This document shows positions 17,986 through 29,104 of a stretch of DNA of 32,811 nucleotides, one piece after another (position 1 is the first letter of the stretch; each line of letters begins with the position of its first letter). Under the pieces are notes generated by a model, which was not told the origin of the DNA, did no database searches, and saw only the letters and a program-made list of their open reading frames with translations. The translations under genes and the position numbers were made by a program. Location: the NCBI GenBank assembly GCA_001275005.1, contig JWZX01002716.1, positions 1 through 32,811 of the forward strand, given 5' to 3'. Source of the stretch: Chrysochromulina tobinii. Its lineage: Eukaryota.

Positions 17986-19362
17986 TCATACAAGAACCGA
18001 TGATCTTGCCCCATGGGTCTGGAGGCCGTTCTGATGATATTTGATCGCGGTGCGCAAAGGAGCGGCGACAAAGAAGACGCAACTCAGCAAAAAGAGATGG
18101 TTGATCCCGACCTCCCGATGCAGCCCAGAATCCTGATCAAGCGCAGCCGGATGAAGAAGGACCACAGCGAGCTGGCTGAGTCCTTCGAAGTCGCCACTTC
18201 GTCGTTCGAAATCGAGTTTTAGGGCACCCCAGCCAAAGAGAACGGCGCCAATGCCCACGCTGGTTTCGGAGGCGAGAGCGGCTCGAACACTCTCCCGAAT
18301 TTTGGTATTCCGCAGAAGCCGAATCATCTTCCAGGCTTGCGACACAACGATGCAGAGCGAGCCATTGATGAAGCCTTCAATGCCCATGCGGTCCCACGGG
18401 TATCCTAGCTCCTCAACGGCAGGTTCGAACCCGATTGAGCCGAAGAAGTAGAGAAAGTCGCCGAGCACGGAGATGCCCTGGTTGACTAGCATCGAAATCT
18501 CTTCGGGCGACACAGCCAGAAGATACAGGCCGTCGAAGTAGACGTAGCCAGCGCAGCCTAATAGATAACATGTAGCGCCCACCAAATCTTCTAACTCCCA
18601 ATCAGAATAGTAGGTCGTTGTGCCCAGGACGAAGAGCCACCCACACACGGTGTACGCAAGATTTTCGATCGAGTAGCCACAGTACAAGGAGTATGTGGGC
18701 CCGATCGTGAAAAAGAGACAGCCGATCAGCCAGATGTGGTTGATGGTCGTAGGGCGTATCCTCGGCTCCCAGAGGATACCCTCTTCCTCTGCCTCTTCCT
18801 CTGCACGTTCCGAGGCGTCATAAAGATTGCAACCGTAATAAAACAGCGCGGCGCCAATGAAAAAGAACGATTCCATGAGGAAAGCAGTCAGCTCCACGAT
18901 GCCACCTTCCGAAGCTTTCAGAATTCGATAGACCTTCCACATCTGCGACACAGTCACCGCCATTGATCCAAGTTGCCAGCACACGTTGCCGAATCTATCG
19001 AAGGGGTCGTCCATCCGGTCCAGGGCAGAAATGGCGCAGACGGAGCCCAGCAAAAGGGATATAAAACCGAACGCGGAAAGAAGAAAAGGGTTGGGTACCG
19101 ACACTCCGGCCGCCTTATAGGCCCATATCTGCGAAAGGTCGACGCCAAGTAGACCGCTGAAGCCAATTGAGTACGCCCATGCACCGACTAAGGGCCCTGT
19201 TGACCAGCCGTGTAGGTAATAGATGGCCGTGCCCAGGATCAAAAAGAAGCCAGACAGGCATGCCAGCGTAGTCCGCCCGCTGGGCGTATTGATGAGTGTG
19301 GTGATCACCATGAGTGGCCCCAAACCGATGGCAAGCAGGTGAGCCGGATGCCATGGGTTCAT
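17986..19362 (-). CDS. Polytopic membrane protein (458 aa) made of two homologous halves with YrhK-like motifs
   Basis: The halves align: LILGTAIYY/FVLGTTTYY, FDRFG..LGS..VSQMWK/WDRMG..NGS..VSQAWK, INHIWLIGCLFF/INHLFLLSCVFF. LYFFGSIGF...GIEGFINGS resembles YrhK. Confidence 0.75.
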   Translation of the reverse strand: MNPWHPAHLLAIGLGPLMVITTLINTPSGRTTLACLSGFFLILGTAIYYLHGWSTGPLVGAWAYSIGFSGLLGVDLSQIWAYKAAGVSVPNPFLLSAFGFISLLLGSVCAISALDRMDDPFDRFGNVCWQLGSMAVTVSQMWKVYRILKASEGGIVELTAFLMESFFFIGAALFYYGCNLYDASERAEEEAEEEGILWEPRIRPTTINHIWLIGCLFFTIGPTYSLYCGYSIENLAYTVCGWLFVLGTTTYYSDWELEDLVGATCYLLGCAGYVYFDGLYLLAVSPEEISMLVNQGISVLGDFLYFFGSIGFEPAVEELGYPWDRMGIEGFINGSLCIVVSQAWKMIRLLRNTKIRESVRAALASETSVGIGAVLFGWGALKLDFERRSGDFEGLSQLAVVLLHPAALDQDSGLHREVGINHLFLLSCVFFVAAPLRTAIKYHQNGLQTHGARSSVLV

Positions 19363-20087
19363 GTTGCGGTTGATAAGTAGAGGTGGCGGAGCGAATCGTT
19401 GCAAACTGGATTGGTAGTGGTGGCGGCGTCGGTGATCTTAGAGATTTTTTGGAGGCGTCGGCTGGTTGTGCGAAGGCCTGCGGCGCCCCCTTCCAGCCTC
19501 CCTTGGTTCCCGCCTCTGTGGATCCCTGCGCGCACGAGGCGAGAGAGCCGGGAGTGTTGACGCGCGTTTGACTAATTTGCAAATTATGGAAATGAAAAAG
19601 TTCTTTTCGAGGACGCACAGAACGCACACAAATCACTTCCACGGTCAAGAAATAAGGCGCTGTTATAGGTCAGAAAGGGGGTGATGAAGTGGTTGATCAC
19701 TAAAGGGCCCAAGGCGCCCAACCCTACACCTGTTTGGGAATTGACTGGTTGACCCAACGCAAGGTGGAAAGTGGTCTACTATTTTTCATGTTTATTATTA
19801 ATGGGTCCAACCCTTTAAGGGCCCAACCCGGATACAGCATACACCTGTTACAGCGGCGACGGAGGCTCGGAGGACTGCGGAGGACGTCCGGTTTAACGCA
19901 CTGGTTTATTAGTTTTGGGATCGAGTTTTGGGATATTCGCCATTAGGTTTGGGATATTCGCGATTCGGAATTGCCGTTTTGCGAACAAACGGAATGAATG
20001 GGAAGGGGTCGTCTGCTGGTCTACTTATAAGGGCCCCCAACTAACAAAGGCCCAACCCCGCGCACCTCGGCGACCTGGGTTTGGAAT

Positions 20088-20956
20088 TTGAGCCCTGGCC
20101 TCGACAACTTGACAGAACTCGACAGGATACTCGACAGCTACTCGACAGGATAGCTCGACAGACCTCGACAGAACTCGACAGCTACTCGACAGAACCCCCC
20201 TGACTCCATGCGACGGCGGCGTCAAGTGTCAAGCTCGACAGCTCGACAACTCGACAGACCTCGACAGACCTCGACAAACCTTGACACGAGGGCTAAGACT
20301 GGGTAAAGCCGGGTTACAAGAGCCCCACTCCTTCAAGGTGAAGGTTGATGGACCCACTCGTGGTCAACTACACAACTTCGTGGCTGGATGATGGATGTTC
20401 TGGTGGACCTTTCGTTCCACGTTCGTGCTCTTATTCGTGCTCTTTTCGACCTAGTTCTCCTCAGAATTGCATTAAGGTTGCATTTTCTGGTCTTGAAACC
20501 AGTGGCTAGGTAGGGGTTTAGGGTGGGTATTACAAAAATAACAGTAAAGAAACCTGTGCCTATGTAGGGGTTAGGGGTCAGGGGTTAGGTTGTTGCCGAT
20601 AGGTCGTGACGTCCTGTCTCCGAGTTCTTTATCAGTTTGGACCTTGTAGTTTGGTTGGTGGTTTATGTGTGGGTCCTCTAGGCCTACTGCTGTGGGAGTC
20701 AGAGTGCTTCATGCAAAATAGCAAAGCTACATGCCATGCTCGACAGCACACTCAGACATAACTCGACTCCAGCCTCGACAGAGAAACTTGACAGCCCTCG
20801 ACAGCCCTCGACAGCAACTCGACGCGCCGGCGCATGGAGTCAGCCTCGACAGGCTCGACAGGAACTCGACAGGCTCGACAGGCTAGGCCTCGACAGCGGC
20901 TCGACGGAGCCTCGACAACGCCTCGACAGCTCGACAGCTCGACAGCCAGGGCTCAA
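20088..20956. mobile_element. Putative non-autonomous DNA transposon (MITE-like, 869 bp) with 12-bp TIRs and subterminal CTCGACA arrays
   Basis: TTGAGCCCTGGC (20088-20099) / GCCAGGGCTCAA (20945-20956); internal inverted pair 20201-20226 / 20818-20842; roughly 15 CT(C/T)GACA units per arm; AT-richer non-coding core; no clear TSD. Confidence 0.7.
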
Positions 20957-21106
20957 CCAGTCTCGCGCTCTCGCCGCGTTACCGTTAGTACGAGTAGCAG
21001 TAGGTTCCCGCTTCGACTCACCGTTTCGGAAATTCCCCCACCGAAAACGAAATTCAGGGTGTCCCGCCAATTGGTAGGGTAGCTTGTCCAGTTACAAATC
21101 TCCCTC

Positions 21107-23625
21107 TCACTTTGCTCCAAGCGACAGAAAGCTGCGCAGCGCGCCCGCGAGCCGCACGCCGAGCGCGATGCCGAGCTCGGCGGCGAGGCGCGTCCGGATG
21201 GCGCCCACGGTGCTCACGTGCACCTGCTCGGGAGGCGCCCACCAGCCATCGGCGACCATGGAGCGCGCCGCACGTACGAGGGCAAGGTGGAGCGTGTCGA
21301 GCTCGGCCGCGCTCGTGTGTCTGTGGTGCACGAGGCGGCTCGGGCCGATCCATTCGAGGCTCAGCCGCGTGTGCGCGAGCTGTACGGCGAGGTAGAGGAG
21401 GAGCACGAAGTGGTGGCGGCCCGGCTGCAGGTGGCGGATCGCCCAGACCGACGCCTCAGACGCGACGCGCATTGGCAGGCCCGCCGTACGCAGCTCCTCG
21501 TTGACTTCGGCTGCCCAGCGCTCGATCCGCGCGTTGAGCGCTGCGAACTCATGAGCGACGGCCTCCTCGTCGCTGAGGGTGCGCAAGAACCCGTTCGTGC
21601 AGCGCATGAGCGCGGGGTGCTCGGCGGCACCGCCCGTGCCGTGCGGAGCGCCAGCACGCAGCGCCATCCGCGGCTCGCTCGCGCAGAGCAGCGCACTCGA
21701 GCCGCAAACGGCTCCGAGTGGCAGCCCGCCGCCCGCGCTCTTGCCAAGGCACACAAGGTCGGCTTCCACACCAAAGTACGCCTGTGCGCCACCGAGCCCG
21801 AGTCTTAAGCCTGTCGCGGTCTCGTCGAGGAGAAGCGGCACGTGGCAGCGCGTGCACGCCGCGCGCAGTTCGTGTAGCCAATGGCGATAAGCCGCGCGCT
21901 CGGCAGCACGCTCGGGGGCGGGGGCGTCAGCTTCGGCGAGCGCGAGGCCCGCCAGAGGCGAGACGAGGACGCCCGCGATCTCGTCGCGGCGAAGCCGCAG
22001 CACGGCGAGGGTAGCCGAGCAACGCTCCCGCAGCGTGAGCACGTTGCATGCGTAACGCTCCTCCCCGAGCGCGAGGCCCTCGGCCATCACGCCATCGGAC
22101 CACCCGGGCGCTGCGCCACCAAACGTGACCAGCAGAGGTCGCCCCGTATGGGCGCGCACGAGTCGTGCGGCTGCCTGCAACGCCTCGGAGCCGCTCAAGT
22201 GGAAGTGCACCTCCTCCTTGCGCGTGATCCGTCGCAGCATCGCGCGGTTCGCCTCCGCGAGCGACGCAACGTCATCGGCGCCGGCGCCAAGCGCTACGGG
22301 AGGTCCAATAGGCGAGACGGGTGGCACGGGCGTCATAGTAAACGCGGCGTGTGCGCCGGGCGAAGCCGCGGTAGCTGGCGAGGTCGACTGCGGCTCCAAG
22401 TGCGGCGAGGTTGGGGGCTCCGCCTGGCGGCTGCCCGTGCTGCCGCCCTCGCCGCCACTCTCGCCGCCACTCTCACCGCCCTCGCCGGCATTCTCACCGC
22501 CCTCGCCGGCACTCTCGCCGCCCTCGCCGGCATTCTCACCGCCCTCGCCGGCACTCTCGCCGGCACTCTCGCCGGCACTCTCGCCGGCACTCTCGCCGGC
22601 ACTCTCGCCGGCACTCTCGCCACCCTTGGTACTCGCAGCCCCACCGGCTGCGCCCGTGACGGCGCCCGTTCCTCCAGCGGAGCCCACGGAAGGCGCCCTC
22701 GTGGGCGCCCTGAGGGCGCAGACGAGGGGCGTGGCCTGGTCCAGAGCCCCGCAGAGCGCCGCAGTGACCTCATTCGCGCGCGGCCAGCGAAAGACGATCT
22801 GGGCGCGCAGGGTGCGTAGGCTGACGAGGCGCCGGCGGCGGAGCTCTTCCGTCGGCCCGTCGAGCGCCACGAGCGCCTCGTCCTCGGCCGCATCAGGCGG
22901 CGCCGTGTCTGGCGGACCGAGCAGTCGCAGGTAGGCGAGCAGCGGCAGCGCCAGCGAGGGCTTGTGGTTCGCGTTGAGCGTCAGCAGCGCGAGGTAGACG
23001 CGCCGCGTCGAGCAGAGCGCCACGATGGCCGTGGCGAAGGCGAGTGACTCGAGGCGCGAGAGCATAGCGGTGCGCACGCCGATCAGCGAGAGCAGCCAGC
23101 AGAGCGCCAGCAGCCAGCGCCATGTCGGGCGGAGCAGCGAGAGGCTCGATGCATGCGCGAGCACGGGCGCGTGAGCGAGCCGTACCCCGAGTAACGTCAG
23201 GACCCAATCGAGCGCAAGGACGCCCACCGCAAACTTGGCCTGCGTCGCCGAGTAGGCGGTCGCGGCGGCTCCGAGACACACGAGCAGTGCCATCGCCGAG
23301 TAGAGGCCGTGCAGCTCCTCCGCGTGTGGGAGCAGCGTCCGAACCACTTTAGGCCATGAATTCATGCGACCGGTCCATGCGAGCAGGCGCGCGTCGTGTG
23401 GGAAATGCGCGCTGAGCTCGCATCGCCAATGGTGCTCGCCGCACATGGTCACCTGCACGCCCGCCGCCGCGAGCGCGCGCAGCTGCGAGTCATGTCGGCC
23501 AGGCTCAAGGTTCTCGTTCGTGAGCTTCATCGCGAGGGCGAGCGCGATGCGTGGCCCCACGCGCAGCGGCAGCCCGAGCGACTCGATCGCCTGAAGGAGT
23601 GGATGGTCGAATTCATGCGGTTAGG

Positions 23626-23681
<56 letters not shown>

Positions 23682-25357
23682 TCGTGTGCGTGTTCGTGTT
23701 GGGCCTGAGCCCGAACCTGAAAGAGCGGATGGTCGAATGCGTGCGGCGCCACGTAGATCCAGCACACGTCGGTCGCACGCTCACGCACGAGCATGCCGCA
23801 CAGTGGCAGCACTGCCTCGCGTGCAAAGGGCGAGGACGCGCCCGGTGGACCCAGCGGCACGCGCAGCACGGCCAGGCTCATGTGTTCCACTTGGTAGCGC
23901 GTCTCTAGCCGGATGGGGTTGGGTTGGAAGCGAAGGAGCTCGCCGATGCCACTGCGCACCCAATCCGACGGATCCACCTTCGAAGTCGAGACGAGCTCGC
24001 GCCGCGAAGTGAGGCTCAGCCCCAAACTCAGGTTGAGCGGCGGCGGCGGCGGCGGCAGTGACGCGGCGGCAGCGCTCGCAGCGGCAGCAGCGGCGGCAGC
24101 AGCGGTGGCAGCAGCGGTGACGTTCGCAGCGGCGCTCGTGCCGCCGTAGTGGACATCGGCGCGCGCCGCCGGCAGCACCGCGAGCAGCTCGCCGAGGGGT
24201 CGCTCATTGTGTCGGTTGAAGCCGACCATCTCAAACCAGGCAGCGAAGAGTGCGGCCTGCTCGAGCCATCGCGAGGGCAGCTCGGCCCACGAGAGGCGCA
24301 CGTGCCGAATGATCGAGAACTTGACGAAGTTGCAGAAGCCCGTGTTCGGGAACTCGACGCCCCACTTGCGCTCCAAATGCTGCTTCGTCTGGCGGGCTTG
24401 CTCTTCGGAGCGACGGCGTACAAAGTAGGGCACGTCCTGCCAGCCAACTTCCCACAGCCGGAACTCGGCGCGCGCCGAGGGCACGTAGAGCTGCGTCAGG
24501 TTCTGCCGGAGCATGTTGAGCTGGAGGTCGACGTACTCGAGCGTGAAGGCCGCCTGCGGGTCGATGAGGCGCCCGTCCACCGCCGCAGTACGCACTAGGA
24601 ACACATGGTCCTCGAGAAAGTTCGGATTGACCTTCTCTGCAAAGTCAGCGGGCTCGCGGCTCAGTCCCATCGCGAGGTCGACCTCGTGCGACATGAAGGC
24701 GACGCCCGCAGCGTTGAGGCGCAGGTGCAGGTTCGTGTTAAACAGGTGCGTCGTGAGCAGCCCGCGCAGTTCAGTCTCGTAGATCTGCGGTGCTGCCACC
24801 GTGTGCTCAGGGTGCGCCTCGAGTGCGCCGTAGAGCTCGGAGAGGAAGTGGCCGCGCGTGTCGAGGAGGAAGACATCATTGTGCATGAGCAGCGTGTACT
24901 TGGTACGCACGAGCGGCACTGCCTGCAGCCACGCCTCGAACGGATTGCAGAACGAGCCGACTGGCACCAGTCGCACGCGCTCGCCAAGCAGGCCAGCCGC
25001 TTCCTTGAGCTTGGCGGCATACTCGTCGGCGTCCTCCCACAGCGGCTGAGGGAATGTGTAGAGCACCCGTACGCCCTGCGGCAGCGCATCCGCCAGATGG
25101 CGCAGCTGTGTTACCGTCGGCGTGATGGTGTCCTTCGTGCCGACAACGACCGTGATGTCCGAGGCGAGCACCGCGTCCTCGACCAGCGGGTAGCGCGGCT
25201 CGACGGCTCGCGGAATTGCCGGCGTGAATGGGTTGCGCGCCAGTCGCTCGACGAACTCCCACGACCGTACGATGCCCGCCACGAGCACGACCAGCGCACA
25301 GCCCAACACTCTTTCGTTGTGCCCCATTCCTCGCCCGAAAAAGGTCATTCCGTTCAT
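21107..25357 (-). CDS. Glycosyltransferase family 2-like + TM region + class-III (GSA-aminomutase-like) PLP aminotransferase fusion, 1374 aa; exons 25357-23717 and 23590-21107
   Basis: GT-A motifs ITVVVGTKD, YTLLMHNDV, VAAPQIYE, EYVDL, HLERKW. Aminotransferase motifs HLSGSEA, IAGVLVSP, LLLDETATGLR, ADLVCLGKSAGGGLPLGAV, DGWW. A phase-0 GT-AG intron (23716-23591) joins the two ORFs in frame. Confidence 0.8.
22443..22622 (-). repeat. In-frame 12-bp (GGCGAGAGTGCC, GESA) and 21-bp (GEGGENA/GEGGESA) tandem repeats
   Basis: Directly visible; encodes GESAGESAGESA...GEGGENAGEGGESA. Confidence 0.9.
23591..23716 (-). other. Spliceosomal intron (126 nt) composed of telomere-like hexamers plus a copy of the upstream exon end
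   Basis: CAG|GTTCGG...CCTTCAG|GCG; contains an in-frame TAA; removal fuses the 547-codon and 828-codon exons. Confidence 0.88.
23621..23680 (+). repeat. Interstitial telomere-like array TTAGGG(TGAGGG)9
   Basis: Ten contiguous hexamers, directly visible. Confidence 0.95.
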
Positions 25358-25382
25358 GTGAACGATAGGTGAAGAAATCTGT

Positions 25383-26327
25383 TCATCGGACTTTCAGGGA
25401 ACCACACGACGGATCTCTCGTCACCTGACGCTGCAGCCCGCTCAGTGCGTCGCCAACCGTTTGCTCGAGTGCGCTGTCCGCCGAGAGCAGAACGAAGCTC
25501 ACCTCGGCCGGCAGCCGCGCGTGCAGCCAGCCCGCCCAGAAGGCGAGCACAAAATCGGCCGCGTTGGGCCCGTCGCGCTCCGGCCGCAGCAGCCGCAGCA
25601 TCCCGCGCTCGGCCAATAGCTGCATGCTGTCCGCCGTGGCCTGGGAGAGGCGCGGGTTGTGCAGCCGCGCGCAGAAGGCGAGGAGTAGCACATCGGACGC
25701 TTGCACGGCACTGCAGGCGACCCTCTCGAGCGCGAAGGCCTGATTGTCGAGGTCGATAAACACCACCTCTCGCACCCTCGCCGCCGGCGCCAGCCCGTCC
25801 ATTGTCGTTGGCAGCGCGAGCGAGTGCATCCGCACGAGCGGCGCGGGCAGCGGCAGATCCATGGCTTCGCCGGCTGCGGCCTTTGAATCTGGCGTTGGTG
25901 CGGCCATGAGTCGCACAGCGCCATCCCGCACGACGAACTCGCCGCCGTGGCGCTGCAGTAGTGACATGAGTCCTGGGATTGCGCTCCTTTGCTCGCGCAG
26001 CCGCAGCCGCAGCTCGGCGCTCGTCATCGGGCCGTGCGTGCGCAGCACTGCCCGCACGGTGTCGAGGAGCGCTCGTTCGGTGGTCTGGGCAAGCAGACTC
26101 ACCTTGCGATTATTCGGCGGGCCAGAGAGTCTGAACTCGTCAGGGTGCTGGAGCACGAGGTCACTCAGTATTGTGTCATCGGGCAACGCCACGCCGGCCA
26201 CGCGCAGATGATCGCCGAGCTCGGCAAGCGTGCAGCGGCCGCGGTCCGCGACTAGCTTGCGGATCTCGGAGATAACGAGCCCCGGCGTGCACAGGCCGAG
26301 CAGTGCGATGACGGACGTGATCGTCAT
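25383..26327 (-). CDS. Two winged-helix (LOTUS/OST-HTH-like) modules + PIN/NYN-like domain of the ZNF451-C type (314 aa)
   Basis: VFIDLDN...GPNAADFVLAFWAGWLHARLP...FVLLSADSAL matches the PIN/NYN acidic motif pattern. Two N-terminal repeats end in LSDLVLQHPDEFRL and LMSLLQRHGGEFVV. Confidence 0.7.
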   Translation of the reverse strand: MTITSVIALLGLCTPGLVISEIRKLVADRGRCTLAELGDHLRVAGVALPDDTILSDLVLQHPDEFRLSGPPNNRKVSLLAQTTERALLDTVRAVLRTHGPMTSAELRLRLREQRSAIPGLMSLLQRHGGEFVVRDGAVRLMAAPTPDSKAAAGEAMDLPLPAPLVRMHSLALPTTMDGLAPAARVREVVFIDLDNQAFALERVACSAVQASDVLLLAFCARLHNPRLSQATADSMQLLAERGMLRLLRPERDGPNAADFVLAFWAGWLHARLPAEVSFVLLSADSALEQTVGDALSGLQRQVTRDPSCGSLKVR

Positions 26328-26389
26328 GTGTAATCACAAATCATCTTCACATCGCTTTGTTCAAGTGAAAGCGGGGAAGAAAATCGTGA

Positions 26390-28198
<1,809 letters not shown>

Positions 28199-28359
28199 GG
28201 GCCGGGCGAACGTTCCGAGGTGCGTGATGCCTCTCGCGGTTTACGGTTACATAACAACGCCGACACAAACGAATTAATTTGCAAACGGGAGCTCTACAAT
28301 CGAGATTTATCTTCGCACAAATTTCCGCCGTGCGCGCAGCATCATCGGACGGCTTCTCC

Positions 28360-29073
28360 ATGGACTCTGTACTTCGGGCGCCATCGCCACCGGTCTCACC
28401 GCCATCGCCACCGGCCTCGCCGCCGCCGCCACCATCCTTTCCATCTCCGCATAACACACGCGTGATCCAGAAGGCTGAAAAGGCGTGGCGCAGCCGTCAA
28501 CAAACCACGCTGATTCGCGGTGGACGGAAGTACGAGGCAAGCCGGTGGCGCGTCATCTGCGCCAGAGCGCTGCCCGTGTATCAATCAGTCGAAGGCATGT
28601 ACGTGGTTGCAGACTTGCAAAGCCAATCGATGTGCGACTTGATTCATGAGGAGCTGCACGATATGCCCGATGGCAGCACGCGCGGGATGATCATCGACCC
28701 GATCTGGAAAGGGTGGGTGACGGTGCGAACCTCAAAAGGGCCGAACCTGGAGTGCGTCCGCCCCGCCCATGGGCAACTCTTATCTGAATCTCGGATCCTC
28801 GAGATTCGGTCCGAGGCCTTCGCGGACGACCTCGAGTGCGATATACTCGAGATGGTATTGTGGACAGAGGAGGAGGTGACGCAGTTCTTCCTCTCGGGCG
28901 GGGCCGACGCGCCCGCCCGGCGCAGCCTCACGAGCGCCGCGGAGAGCGCGAGAGCACACTCGCTCGGCACCACCGCGAATACCGGTCCAGCGGCCGGTGC
29001 AGGACCGCGCCTGGACACCACCGCTACTACCGGCCCGGAGGTGGCGAACAGCGGCGATGAGCCTGCGGCGGCT

Positions 29074-29104
<31 letters not shown>

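Noticed and set aside
20100..20945. CTCGACA arrays as a CRISPR array
   Set aside because: Units are 7-8 bp with 0-6 bp linkers and no unique spacers; there are no cas genes and the context is eukaryotic.
21107..23590. Calling the aminotransferase hemL/GSA-AT
   Set aside because: It lacks the HemL N-terminal region and YHG motif, has no plastid leader, and is fused to TM and GT domains.
23621..23680. True telomere or chromosome end
   Set aside because: Short, mostly variant TGAGGG, and embedded in an intron between two coding exons.
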